DNA of 64,000 bases, taken from assembly GCA_951406725.2 (NCBI GenBank), contig OX597828.1, forward strand, positions 23,126,001 to 23,190,000. The letters are read 5' to 3'. The notes beneath the pieces are model-generated. The model was not told where the DNA came from and did not search any database. It saw only the letters and a program-made list of their open reading frames with translations. Shown here piece by piece: positions 15,640 through 30,270 of the stretch (the first letter of the stretch is position 1; each line of letters opens with the position of its first letter). The stretch is from Octopus vulgaris (Eukaryota). Both the position numbers and the translations under genes were made by a program.

Positions 15640-16182
15640 ACATCTCAGCACATCTGATATATGCCGAAAAATAATATTAAATGATGTGTTATACGGATCG
15701 TATATACATGAAAGTAAGATGCATGAAAAGAAGATGAATGATATTTTTGATATATCAGAGACAGTTTTTAAACACAGCAGGGAGTATCACACTAACGTGT
15801 AAAAGCAAAAGTTCTTATTGAATATTTCAAGAAGGAAATAAATACCGAGTGATGTGAAGTCTAAAATAATGGAACCTCCGTTACCTATTCAGAAAATGAG
15901 GTACTGGTGTTCAGTTTTATAGAAAGTAAAGTTAGTCCTGAGCGAGATAAAAGATTATTGACGGAGGTATAGGATTCGGATTGTCGAAACCGTCGATATA
16001 TTTTGTGGAGATCGGTAGGCCCTAGATGTACCGGCAGCACATGAACTTAGGAGTGATGAGTGATTCGTAGCAAGAACTCTGACGATATTGATGCAAATCA
16101 CGACATTTTATATGGAGAAAATAGTCGACTCTCGATGATGTACTTACATACGGATGGGTACATAAGTGTGTACAAGTATCTG

Positions 16183-16184
<2 letters not shown>

Positions 16185-16222
<38 letters not shown>

Positions 16223-16369
16223 ATATATATATATAATATAATATATATATAATATATATATATATATACATATATATATACATATATATACATATATATA
16301 TACATATATATACATATATATATACATATATATATACATATATATACATATATATACATATATATATAC

Positions 16370-16400
<31 letters not shown>

Positions 16401-16920
16401 CATATATATACATATATATACATATATATACATATATATACATATATATACATATATATACATATATATATACATATATATACATATATATATACATATA
16501 TATATATACATATATATACATATATATATACATATATATATATATATACATATATATACATATATATATACATATATATATACATATATATACATATATA
16601 TATACATATATATACATATATATATACATATATATATACATATATATACATATATATACATATATATATACATATATATATACATATATATACATATATA
16701 TACATATATATATACATATATATATACATATATATACATATATATATACATATATATACATATATATATATATATGTATGTATGTATATATATATATATA
16801 ATTAGAGAGTGATCGAAAGAGATACATAAATAGATAGATACATAGACAAGATAGATAGACATAGATAGATAGATAGATAGATAGATAGATTGATAGATAG
16901 ATAGATAGATAGATAGATAT

Positions 16921-17005
<85 letters not shown>
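16185..17005. repeat. (CT)n, then ~550 bp of CA(TA)4-5 higher-order repeat, then (AGAT)n
   Basis: Seen directly; 10- and 12-bp units. Confidence 0.95.
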
Positions 17006-17310
17006 GCCACATATAAATATGAAACATTAGCATAGGTATACATAGAAAAATGGTAAGAACATAAAATGTGGGTTTAAAAGAGGAAATTAATTGGAAAACG
17101 AAATTATTCTAAGGAAATTAGATGGACACGAGGATAAGAATTATGTTCAGAGAGAAAGCGTGAGAGAGAGAGAGAGGGAGAAAGAGAGCGAAAGAATGTG
17201 TGATTTAGAAGCAAGCAGAGAGAAAGTTGAACACTGAGGAAGCCGTTGAAGAAATGGGTGGCAATCACAGTGATGAGGAACTCAAGAGATTCACAGATCT
17301 GCAAGGGCGT

Positions 17311-17451
<141 letters not shown>

Positions 17452-17482
17452 GTATATGTATATGTATATATATCTGTGTGTG

Positions 17483-17537
<55 letters not shown>

Positions 17538-17777
17538 GCGTGTGGTGATGTGTATGACGTGGATAGTGTTGTTATTTCGCATGAGAAATAAATGCGCTAC
17601 ATAACTTTTTATTCATACTTAACATTTGATGATGAAATCCTTGAAATATCGAACATTCATGACGACAATTATGGCGTTTATACAGTACACACAGACACAC
17701 ACTAACACTCACACACACACACGCACACACGCGCCCACGCGCATGTACACACACATAGTTAGATAAATAGATATATA

Positions 17778-17910
17778 GGATTGGCTTGAATGTGGTAAGA
17801 AGCGTGCTCCTCAGACATGTCGTTCCGCGTTCAGTCTAATTGCAAGGTGCCATGGGCAAGTGTCAACTACCCTAACATCGGGCCGACCAAATCGTTGTGA
17901 GTGGATTTTG
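17778..17910 (+). mobile_element. SINE family A 5' fragment (diverged)
   Basis: tgtggtaagaagc...gggcaagtgtc...gggccgaccaaatcgttgtgagtggattt. Confidence 0.75.
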
Positions 17911-17952
17911 CATATATATATATACACACACACACATACACACATACGTAAA

Positions 17953-18744
17953 CGCAGTCTGCAATGTGTAAGTTGTCGCCGTTTTATATTTTTAATTTTG
18001 CGCCTGGCGTTGTTTGCTATTGATTTTGTCAACTACACAGTTTAATAGGGTCAGTTGGACACTGTATGTGAGAAAAACAGCAACATGATGCAATGCGCTC
18101 TCCTGGAAATTATAAAACGACATGCTGTAGTGCTTGGCAACACACCGCAAGCTCCAATGCGAACATTTCAGAGTGTTTAGGTGTCAATCTGAGGACAGTG
18201 CAATTTGGACATGTACCAGAAGTGATAACAATCAGATAGTGATAATCAAATGAAGTGCCTGTAGTCCTTAGCGCTGCCTTGGGTGATGAGGGTGGCTACT
18301 GTTGGACCCTGCATCCGGCAACAGGACTCTGCACCATGCCGAAAAGCAGAAGAACACTGTCGTGTCTGTCAGATAATTTCTGCGACCACATAACCCCCAA
18401 CATCTGGCCACGTAACTCCCCAGACTGGAACCCTCTTGATTATTATGAGTGTCGGACAGTTGCGTGAGAGACCAACAAAACTGCTTGTAACACCAAGGAT
18501 GAACTGATGGCAAATATCATGGCAGCATTCACTAACTAAAACAAGGAGAACGTTCCGAATAATTGCAGAAGATTGCGAAGTTGTCTGGAGTTCGTGATTG
18601 ATGCCAATGGCGAATACATTGAATAGATTTACTCTTTAGTATTTCAAGTTATTTTTTATTAATTTTGGTAAATATATCTGTAAAAATTGGTGTTATTTTT
18701 CTTTTTACGTAATTTAGATGACAATTTATCCACTTCACCTTGTA
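17953..18744 (+). mobile_element. Internally deleted Tc1/mariner transposon, DD37D (maT-type)
   Basis: Decayed ~28-bp TIRs (17953-17980 vs 18717-18744, ending ...ccttgTA). N-terminal HTH-like SSNANISECLGVNLRTVQ and C-terminal transposase remnant inside. Confidence 0.8.
18085..18626 (+). pseudogene. DD37D transposase pseudogene (frameshifts, stops, large internal deletion)
   Basis: QQDSAPC-(1-nt deletion)-SRRTLSCLSDNFCDHITPNIWPRNSPDWNPLDYY...ETNKTACNTKDELMANIMAAF..CRRLRSCLEFVIDANGEYIE*. There are 110 nt between the 2nd D (18325) and 3rd D (18438), i.e. 37 codons minus 1 nt. Confidence 0.85.
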
Positions 18745-18813
18745 TATGTATGCATGTATATATCTACTCTATGTGTGTGTGCGTGCGAGTGGCCGCAGTG
18801 AAATGAGTGACAC

Positions 18814-18863
<50 letters not shown>

Positions 18864-19164
18864 GTGTGTGTGTTTATTTATATCAATGTATATACGTCGA
18901 TATATATAGATACATATAAAATATGTCTATATACGTATATAAAATTTATATTAATGTATAATACATACGTATATAAATTTTTACTATAAATATATGAATA
19001 AATAAAAATACGCACACGATCACACATATATATGTATACTTAGGTATTTGTATAAATATCAATATGCATCAATATATAAAGATAGAGATAAAATATCAGT
19101 ATATATGTATAAACATTTATATTAATGTACAATATGTACTACTTTTAATACAAACATAAAACTA

Positions 19165-20066
19165 AACAAGAGCACTCAGCGAGCGCAAACCTCTGCCAAA
19201 GCAACCAACACCAACGCCTTCTCAACGATTAGCCAGAGATGATTTTTGAAATCTGAAATAAACTCGACTGCGCTCACGAACTAGAATACTAAAAATGAAC
19301 CTGGCCGCTCTCAAAAACTAAGTTTAAAAAACCGGAAAATTTATCCAGAATTCTTGTCTGGTAACTCATCGATACCAATCGGAGTCATGGATTGGGAAGG
19401 TTGCTGTAGGAAATTTAGTAAGAGTAATAACTAGTTTATCCTTATCTAATACAAGCCAAAGTTAACAAATTCACCATTCAAAATAGTTTCAGAGGTGGAA
19501 GTAATAAGTTCTACTCGGGAATTTTTAAATGAATAGCCTGAGACCTTTTGGTTTTCTCTTCTACATTCCGGCTTTCCTTTAGTATTCCTGTTGTTACAGA
19601 TCATGTATAAAAGTATGTATATATGTAAGTGTACCGTCAGGTATTATTATGTATGTATAATATATAATATATATATATATATTATAAAAATATGTTCGTG
19701 TTATTTAATTTCTGAGCGGTTTTGCTGCCGTTTGTTTATGTAGTTTGAATATTTTTCTTTTTTTCATCAGTTTCTGCTAAAATAGAGAAGCGAGTAAAAT
19801 TAATAATAGAAAAGCAAAACTGAAACTTTGGAAACAGCTTCAAGGGAGATAATTGAGCAAGGTTTGAAAGTCAATGTATGATTATTATCATGTAGAGTAA
19901 ATATAAGAAATAATCCAGAAACCTTGTCCAGTACCGGAACGTTGCCGAAATATAATAAGTTCGTGGCAAACATCCTTGAAAGTTTCATCCGAATTCATCC
20001 AGCGATTCTTTAGATATCTTGTCCAAAGACAAACATTCAAATACACGAACGAACTTGATTGAAAAC
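19165..20066 (+). mobile_element. Non-autonomous Helentron-type (HINE/DINE-like) element split by a ~530-bp insert
   Basis: 5' end aacaagagcactcagcgagcgcaaacctctgccaa. 3' block gaaagtttcatccgaattcatccagcgattctttagatatc..acaaaca..gaaaac resembles HINE tails (recalled family features). Terminal hairpin missing. Confidence 0.55.
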
Positions 20067-20091
20067 TATCTACATATATAGATTTATATAT

Positions 20092-20167
<76 letters not shown>

Positions 20168-20741
20168 TTATATGTACGTATATGAATATATATACATATA
20201 TATATTATTATATATGTATGGATATGGATATACATATCTGTATGTGTATCTATATGCACATATATACATATACTTATACATACACACACACATATATATA
20301 TGTTTGAATGTATGTATATGAATATATATACGTATATATATATATTTATATATACGTATATGTATGTGTATGTATATGCACATATATACATATACTTATA
20401 CATATGCACACACACACATACACACACACACATAAATAAATAAATAAATAAATATATATATATATATAGACGCAAATAATAAACGAGTTGTCCTACTTCT
20501 ATCATGCATTGATAAATCGATAAAATATCTAACTCTGAGTTGCAACTTCTGTGAGAGTCGTTACACGAGTCTAGTTATAATAAATACATGGCGGCCGAAA
20601 CGAAACGATTGATTATCATAACATATGTATTTCAAACAAATTATTTTAAAGACACAAATTAATCACTAGGAAGTACTTCCACCAACACATATACGTGCTT
20701 ACACATATGAATCAATATTTTGATACGTATACATACATACT

Positions 20742-20811
<70 letters not shown>

Positions 20812-21097
20812 CACATACATATCTGTACATGTGTGTGTAGCCAAGAACAGCATATATATTCATATACAAGATAGAATGTAGTTGTTTTATACGTCCTTAC
20901 AAACACACACAACCGCGATGCAATGTGTGTGTTAATATATGCTTTACTCATAGGTACGTTTCTTCTATTGCATGTAAGTATATTGTTGCTAAAATTATAA
21001 TGATTAGATAAAGAAAACATATATCAATTAACTGCTAGTTTCTCTAGTATTTGCTGTCTTGTGCCTCCTCATACTCTTCCACGCTCGCTCACTTTCG

Positions 21098-21128
<31 letters not shown>

Positions 21129-21440
21129 CATATGTAATATATTCGTACATATAAATATATATTTGTATATATATAAATGTAAATGTACTATTGCATACGT
21201 GCGTGTGTATGTATTTCTGTGCGTGTGTGTGCCCGTTTATATGCGTGTGTGCTTGTGTTGCGTATGTGTGTATGAAAGTGTTGAAAGTAATATATATTTA
21301 CTAAAACTACCGCCAAAACCGTTCGACTTTTACACACGCAATGGCGTCTATTATAGATACACATTCACATACACCGGCAAACACATTCTCACACAGAGGC
21401 TGACACATCCAAACACACACATACATGACTTTAATATACA

Positions 21441-21485
<45 letters not shown>

Positions 21486-21492
21486 ATGTATG

Positions 21493-21573
<81 letters not shown>

Positions 21574-21579
21574 ACATAC

Positions 21580-21619
<40 letters not shown>

Positions 21620-21720
21620 ACATACATACGTACATATATAAACACGTGGGTGTATGCATAGATATAAAGATGTATACCTGTGTACATATCTGTATATACA
21701 GATGTGTACGTATCTATGTG

Positions 21721-21759
<39 letters not shown>

Positions 21760-22372
21760 GTACCCACGCACAAACACACACGAAAACGTATACACACGTA
21801 TATAAACACACGCACATACAGAGCTGCATACCTTCAAATTTATACCAGCGCACGCATATCCAACCATACTTAATCAAGACCATACGCTCGTATATATATA
21901 CAGGAAAAAAATACAACAAAAATGAAAGACAAATATATAATAAAAAAAGACACACAAGGAGAGAAAAAATTATAACAATGGACAATACGATTCGCTGCAA
22001 AGACAAAAGAAATGAAATTAACGAAAACACGATTACTAAACGTCTAGACACATATGGGAATATGAAATGAAACACGCAACAGATACATTAATAATAATTT
22101 GAATAGGGGAGAGTTGAGTATGGAGGGAGCATAGATGAAATTATTGGTGGTCGGCAAGGAAGGGAATATGTGTTTTAAAGAGAGAATAATATAGCGGGGA
22201 ATTGTTTGAGTGTGAGAGAGTGAAAGAGACAGAGTGAAAGCAGAGATGGAGCCTCTGTGAGGGAGAGGTGAAGAGTCTCAGATAATCTAGGAGAAATTGA
22301 TATTTATGTATGCACGTATCTGTGTATTTCTCTGCTTGCCTATCTGTTTTGCTATCTGTCTATCTATCTTCT

Positions 22373-22455
<83 letters not shown>

Positions 22456-22692
22456 CATAATGATCTGTTCGTCTATGTATATTCGATAATCGACGTATAT
22501 GTGTGCGTGTGTTTACGCGTGTGTGTGCGTGTGTATTTATGTATTTGTCTTTATGTATATATATATATATGTGTGTGTGTGTGTACGTGTATGTGTGTCC
22601 TTGCATGGGCACAGATAAGATGTAAACAATTACATATTTTTGGGGTGTACATATATGTATGCGGGTGTGTATATATATATATATATACATAC

Positions 22693-22740
<48 letters not shown>

Positions 22741-22777
22741 AGTCTATGTATGTATATATTGAGAGATATATAGATAA

Positions 22778-22823
<46 letters not shown>

Positions 22824-23338
22824 GGATAGATATACCTACATTACGCGTTGTTATCGTTGGAAAAGACGATAAAAACAGAGAATTAAATGCAAAATTTTGT
22901 ATTTGGCATTCTAGGGCTTCAGATATCGACACGTTATTAAATATACATAGCGCTATCAGAAAATACTTATGATCGTGAGAGGATCAATGACAGAGAAAAT
23001 GTAAAAAAATGGAAGAACGATAAACAGCGTAGATAGTTTTCGCTTTCGTGCTGGAGTTTTTAACTTCATAGATATATGTGAGTTGTGGTACCTGTTAATG
23101 TGGTTTCTGTAATGGTTGTTACTAGTTCAGCAAACCAAATTACTGGGAGAAGGGTCTTCGTGGAGTGGTTTTCCGGTCTTTATGTGTAATAAAAGAAAAA
23201 ACTGGATTTTCTAAATTGTGCTGTACTTGAAAGTTGAACGGTTAGCTCTGAGTGAGATATAGCGACGTTCTTCAGAAGGGCGATCGGCTGAAGAGAGACT
23301 CTATTTTATACGACGACACACACACACACAAATTCACG

Positions 23339-23392
<54 letters not shown>

Positions 23393-23616
23393 TGGTGGAA
23401 AACTATGTAGAGTTATATTTGCATATATATATGTATATATATATATGTAGGTTTAGATATATATATATATACACACACACATATATATATATACACACAC
23501 ACACACATATATATATACATATAAATCATAACCACACACGCACGCACACACATATACACATATATACAAACATATATATATATGCAAATATATATATGTA
23601 TATACATATGCATATA

Positions 23617-23650
<34 letters not shown>

Positions 23651-23683
23651 CGTATACAGATATACATACATACATGCATGCAA

Positions 23684-23738
<55 letters not shown>

Positions 23739-23739
23739 C

Positions 23740-23939
23740 TGTCGTGTGAGAAATGGCGGTAAATTGCGAGTGTTAGGAGAGAAATATGAGAGTAAAGTGT
23801 TTAGTATAACACCACGATATCGATTTTAGAAGATGTCCACAATAACAATTCTGGAAATAAAAATTTATTGATGTCATACATATCACTCTCTTGTGTCTAT
23901 ATTGGTTCCTCTGAGACAACAGTAATAAGGGTCACGACA
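23740..23939 (+). mobile_element. Possible solo LTR (200 bp)
   Basis: Starts TGTCGTG and ends CACGACA (perfect 7-bp terminal inverted repeat, TG..CA). Internal AATAAA at ~23856. No TSD visible. Confidence 0.4.
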
Positions 23940-24315
23940 GAGAGATATTTCGGTGCGTATATATATATATACATAGATAGGTAAATTGATAGCCAAAGGC
24001 AACGAGTTATATAGAGAAGCGTTTATATATCTATATCGTTGGATGTGCATGTGGTTGCGATTGTATGTTTGTTTCTGTGTGTGCTCGTGTCTGTTTTTTA
24101 TGTATGTGTGTGTGTGTGTGTGTGGATGAATGGGAAAAGATAGATGGATTGACTGATAAATGGTGATCGGAAAGCTAATGTTGGCGCAAATATGAAAAAA
24201 AAATACGATTGTGCTGAGTACGTGCAACACGAAAAATAAGTCTCTTTGGCCTAATAGAAATAATAGTTATCAAAAGAAAGCGTCAAATAGACAACATAAA
24301 TGTTTCATATAAATA

Positions 24316-24359
<44 letters not shown>

Positions 24360-24361
<2 letters not shown>

Positions 24362-24714
24362 TGCTGGAGTGGCCGTGTGGTAAGTAGCTTGCTTACCAAC
24401 CACATGTTCAGTCCCACTACGTGGCACCTTGGTGCAGGTGTCTTCTACTATAGCCTCGGGCCGACAAAAGCCTTGTGCAGTGGATTTGGTAGACGGAAAC
24501 TGAAAAGAAGCCCGTCGTATATATATTTGTGTGTGTGTGTATGTGTATGTGTTTGTACCCCGATGCTGGTGTGTTTAGCGGTCAGGCAAAAGAGGCCGAT
24601 AGAATAAGTACTAGGCTTACAAAAATAAGACGTGGGGTCGATTTGCTTGACTAAAGGCGGTGCTCCAGCATGGCCATAGTCAAATGACTGAAACAAGTAA
24701 AAGATTCAAAAGAG
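24360..24714 (+). mobile_element. SINE family A, near full length
   Basis: Collinear with 51851-52257, with small deletions. Confidence 0.9.
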
Positions 24715-24774
24715 AATATATATATATATAAAGATAGATAGATAGCTAGATAGATATATAGATATGTGCATATG

Positions 24775-24867
<93 letters not shown>

Positions 24868-24901
24868 GGATATATATGTGTGTGTGTGTTTGTGTGTAAG
24901 A

Positions 24902-25173
24902 GGCTTAATGATCAGGGTATTTAGCAGCGCGTCGTGTCCTTGAGCAAGATAATTTATTTCACGTTGCTCCAACTGGCAAAAATGAGTAGTACATGTTATT
25001 CAAAAGGAGACATCCTTGTCACACTCTGTGTCAAGCAGAATCTCCCTGAGAAGCATGTAAAGGGGTATGCGCGTCTGTGGAGTACTCAGCCACTTGCACA
25101 TTAATCTCACGTGCAAGCTGTTCCATTGGTCGGATCAACTGGAACCCTCGTTGTAGGAAGCGACGGGGTGCCA
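24902..25173 (+). mobile_element. SINE family D (head partly deleted)
   Basis: Collinear with 57287-57622. A further tRNA-like head fragment follows at ~25219-25290. Confidence 0.82.
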
Positions 25174-25585
25174 GGGTTTATGTACGCATTTATGAATGTA
25201 TGTATGCATATGTACTGGGAAGGCGAGTAGCCCTGTGCGTAAGGGTTCGCATTCAAGATCACTAAATCATGGGTTCGATTCCCGAAGCAGGTTGTTCGTT
25301 TTTTATTCATTGAATCACTTCAATTTATATTACTTTTGTTGTTGGAGGGAAAAAAACAATTTTGGGTTGTCGGCAGAATGTTTTACGGCTCCCTACATTC
25401 TGAGTTCAAAACTTACTTACTAGAAGGCAGTACGAGGGCAGTCCAGCATCCATCATAAGCATTTAATCATGGGACCTGACGTTCCAGTAATCTACTTACG
25501 TCGGCGGGGGAGGGGAGGGCCATCCCAGGTTGTATAGAGAATGCTGGGAAAGGTTCACATGCAAGACCAGCCCAAAGCAGATCAC

Positions 25586-25624
<39 letters not shown>

Positions 25625-25891
25625 TATATATATTTATATATATATGTGTATGTATGTATGTAGGTATGTATATGTATAATAATATATAAATACATATGCT
25701 CATATTTCTATATATGTGTGTATTGTGTGCATGAGTTATTTATCTGTACGTGTGTGTGTGCACATATATATATATATATATACATATATGTATAATATAT
25801 ATAATATATATTTATATTATATTATATATATATAATATATACATATATATAATATCCATATAATATATATATATATATGTGTGTGTGTATG

Positions 25892-25948
<57 letters not shown>

Positions 25949-26114
25949 TTGTGTGTATGTTGCATTATCTCATATTTATAACAAGAGCATGCTTTATATA
26001 ATAGATATAATACACAAATTAACGTGCAATAAATGATACAATTTACACGTATTTCTACATTTCCACACACGTATGCATGTGTGCCTGAGCTTGTATGTAT
26101 GCGTGCACGCACTC

Positions 26115-26245
<131 letters not shown>

Positions 26246-27081
26246 AGTGAAAGCTTGGATACGTACGTGTGTAGAAGGGAACTTCTTCAATGATCCTACT
26301 GCGGTAAAAGCACACAAACACACAAACTATATTCGAATATATGTTTTCTCCACTGAATCTGCCATTGTTTATGTAAACACAGCATTCTCAACGGGGATGT
26401 CATGATAAGAGGCTGTGGGTATCTTCCAATGAATATATTTTCCAAGAGATTTATTGATTGGATCCTGGATTAGTTTCTATTCCATCTCCAACCAAATTCC
26501 CTTGTCTTGCACCGCCAAAATTTCTAATGGAAGACCAAAAATATTACCAATTCTCAATTCCCTAATCTCTCAAATTTTACGCCTTGTCTAAACAATAAAA
26601 AAAAGCCGAGTAGAATTAACATTGCAAATGTGCTCCCCATCTTTACCAAACCACGATTTCCTTACGTCATATATTTACCGCTTTTGTTCAATATTATTGA
26701 ATATAAGAAAGAATGTATTGAGTTTTTACAAGGAGAACTGCTAGAAATAGACACAAAAACACAATGCACACTTACAAGAGGGAAGGATGAATTAAAGTAT
26801 GCTAAATACGGAATGGGGAATGAATGGAAGACGGAGATTGGACGTGTCGAGCGGACATTTGTGGCGTGGTAATATTTGATTCAAATCTCCTTGAGGTGTA
26901 ATTATATATTGTTCACGTGGTACACAACCTATTGGGGACGATGGCTACAAAGCCTTCCATGACAAGCCTGTTGGTTTGGTGGTAAAAGAACAGAACCGCC
27001 ATAATATATCGGTTTATTCTATGCCGTAAAACAAAAAATGAAGCTATCATTTTTTTGTGCTTAATATCAGTAGTATATTAA

Positions 27082-27277
27082 AGGCGGTGATCTGCTAGAA
27101 TCGTTAGAGTGCTGGGTAAAATTCTTAGCGGCATATGCATGAGTTCAAATTTCGCCGATGTCGAATATGCCTTTCATCTTTAAGGAATCGATGAAATGAA
27201 CACCAGTTGAGAATAGGGAAAACGTGATTGACTTACAGCTTCCCCGAAATTTTCGGCCTTGTGCCAAAATTTGAAAT
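27082..27277 (+). mobile_element. SINE family B monomer
   Basis: ggcggtgatctgctagaatcgttag..gagttcaaatttcgccga..gcctttcatc..ggccttgtgccaaaatttgaa. Confidence 0.8.
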
Positions 27278-27313
27278 CAGTAACAATAATATATATCGTT
27301 TCGATTACCTATC

Positions 27314-27360
<47 letters not shown>

Positions 27361-28218
27361 TATCATCGCAAATGAGATATATGTATATGTATGGGTAAAT
27401 CCGGATTCGCTTTGCTGGATTATGTATATTTTGAAGTGTAAATCCAAAACAATTACAAACAATACAGAAACTGGTATGTCTTCGATTATTTCTTTAAATT
27501 TAACTCATAATTATGCAGCATAATTCGTTAATAAAAAATGACCGACACGTTTTTCTGTTACATAAAACATGTGCTGTTGTGTATTCAACCTGTAATATTC
27601 TGCTATGCACCTTCATTCAAGGTCTAACCAGAAGTGTTGTCTGAAATGAGCTGAATTTATTTAAGTGTAGTTAGCTTATTTACTTATTTTGCTATGGTTA
27701 ATGATACAAATGAAAGTGAACAGGCGATTTTTAAACCTGATATGGCTATAAAATTTACCTTATAGCTCATTTTATGTTAATTCAGGACGAAAACAGAACT
27801 GGAGTCGATTCTTTCGACTAAAAATACTTCAAGGAACGTACCCCAACATGGCCGGTGTCTAATGACCGTCAGTCTGTTTTATATTTAAGATGTCCGTATG
27901 GCAAGTGAAGCTGTTGATTGAGTATTAGGTTATATCGACGCTTCTGTGTTGTATGCCAGTTGCTATGATGTTAGAAAGTTTATTTTAAGCTGGTCATAAT
28001 GTTATTAAGTAGTTGAGGGCTAAACAAGATATTAACCAGATATTTACCCTTTAAATTCGGGCACATCTCTACTGTGTAGCGGGTAGTATTCTATCCAACA
28101 CCCTTATAACATGGAAGTATTGAAATGCTTTCCTACATAGGTTCATGTATACAGCACGTGAATTGAGAGACTTGTATGGAAAGGAGGGGGTATATGTGGA
28201 GTGTAAATAAAGGGAGAA

Positions 28219-28269
<51 letters not shown>

Positions 28270-28381
28270 AAAGTAAGATAGGGGTTATGGGTGTAACCCA
28301 CTATGGGATATCATTTATCCAAAATACTGTTTGCAAAGTACCCAAATTCTTAATACATATATGTTTTTAATTTATTTGTGT

Positions 28382-28450
<69 letters not shown>

Positions 28451-28786
28451 GATATATATATATTCATATATATTGTTCATAGACGAGATCCAGATATTCT
28501 CCCCTTTAGCATCTGAAATGTAAGATCTCTTCCCTAATGACGTATGCTCGTCTCAACCTATGGTGGCATCAATCTACACATATTATTATACACCGTTAAG
28601 CCCCCAGAAACAACTGTTGGATTTGTAATACTTTTCCTCCACCACTTTGATTATCTATATTATTCGTACTCTGTGTTTGTCGGAACTTTTTATACGTATA
28701 CATATATACAGTTTTCTGCATTTCATGTATTTAATATACGTTATATAGAGATCTGCCTAATTTGCCTATTCCTACATTTATTTATA

Positions 28787-29165
28787 TGGCCGTGTGGCAA
28801 GTAGGTTGCTCATCAACTACATGGTTATGGGTTCAGTCCCAATGCGTGGCACCTTGGGCAGGTACCTTCTACTGTAGCCTCGGGCCGACCAAAATTCCTG
28901 CGAGTGGATTTGGTTTGACAGAAATTGAAAGAAACCCGTCGTATATACATGTATGTGTGTGTGTGTGTCTGTGTGTGTGTATTCCCACATCATCGCTTGA
29001 CAACCGGTGCTGTTGTGTTTACGTCCCCTTCTCTTAGCGGTTCAGCAATAAGAGCCCGATAGAACAAATACTAGGCTTACAAAGAATAAGTCCAGGAGTC
29101 TATTTGTTTGACTAAAGGCTGTGCTCCAGTATGGCCGCAGTCAATTGACTGAAACAAATAAAAGA
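28787..29165 (+). mobile_element. SINE family A
   Basis: Collinear with 51851-52257. Confidence 0.9.
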
Positions 29166-29226
29166 AAACATATATATGTGTGCGAGTGTGTGTGTGAGTG
29201 TGTGTGTGTGTGTGCGTGTGTGTGTG

Positions 29227-29257
<31 letters not shown>

Positions 29258-29954
29258 ACATACATGGAGAGAGAGGGGAAGATAGAGAAACATGCATATG
29301 TATGAATATACTGTGAGAGTATGGGAAGCAGATTGTGGAAGAAGCGGGAAAGAATTGGTAAAGAAATAAATGAATGATGGTGAGAAGGAACGAAAGAAAC
29401 TCAGCTATTTTAACACGGTGGATTAATAAAGGAAAGTACAGGATCGAGCAAACATGAATTAAAATTAATGTAAATAGAAAAAAGACATAAAGAAAGAAAG
29501 CAACAACAGCAAAATATCATTGAGAATATTAGAATAAACAAAAGAACGAATGGAATGACAGAATATGTTCCCATTCCTTTTGTATGTGTGTGTGTTTTTG
29601 ATTTTACTTTTTAAGGCACCTAAGTGTAAAAGACAGATCGCTGTGTTTGTTACATCATTAGTTTCAAAAGATCCATCTCTGAAAAGAGATTACAGTACTT
29701 TGGGTAAAGTAGGAAGGTGGAGAATTTGGTGGGTGTGGTGTTCTCAGATTAATTACAGACTAATTAGTAAAGCAAATATTAATTAGACCTTTCAAGCTTG
29801 TCACTTTGTGCGGGGAAGACTTAGTTGTTGAGAGATTTAATCAAACAAAATTCCTTGACAACTTTGTTTTTAAGAACTATTTTTAAATAAGAAAACCTTC
29901 CAACAAAAACAAAATAGAGCCAGAAACAAACAACGCATCATCACCAGAGTAACG

Positions 29955-29957
<3 letters not shown>

Positions 29958-30047
<90 letters not shown>

Positions 30048-30113
30048 GTGGTTGTTGTTGTTTGTTGTTATTGTTGTTTGTTGCTGTTCTTTTTCTTCCT
30101 CTTCTTTTTCGTC

Positions 30114-30187
<74 letters not shown>

Positions 30188-30270
30188 CATTATTATTATT
30201 ATTATCATTATTATTATCATTATTATTATTATTATTATTATTATTGTTATTATTGACATCATTATTAATT
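29958..30270. repeat. (ATT)n trinucleotide arrays with GTT/ATC variants
   Basis: Seen directly. Confidence 0.95.

Noticed and set aside
16053-16123. HHR-like GTGATGA-gtgatt..aatcac-GACA-tttt..aaaa-TA
   Set aside because: Two core mismatches and no stem I; may be chance.
28480-28555. tagacga..agat/atct-GAAA..ctaatga possible tandem HHR relic
   Set aside because: Stems and spacing cannot be made consistent.
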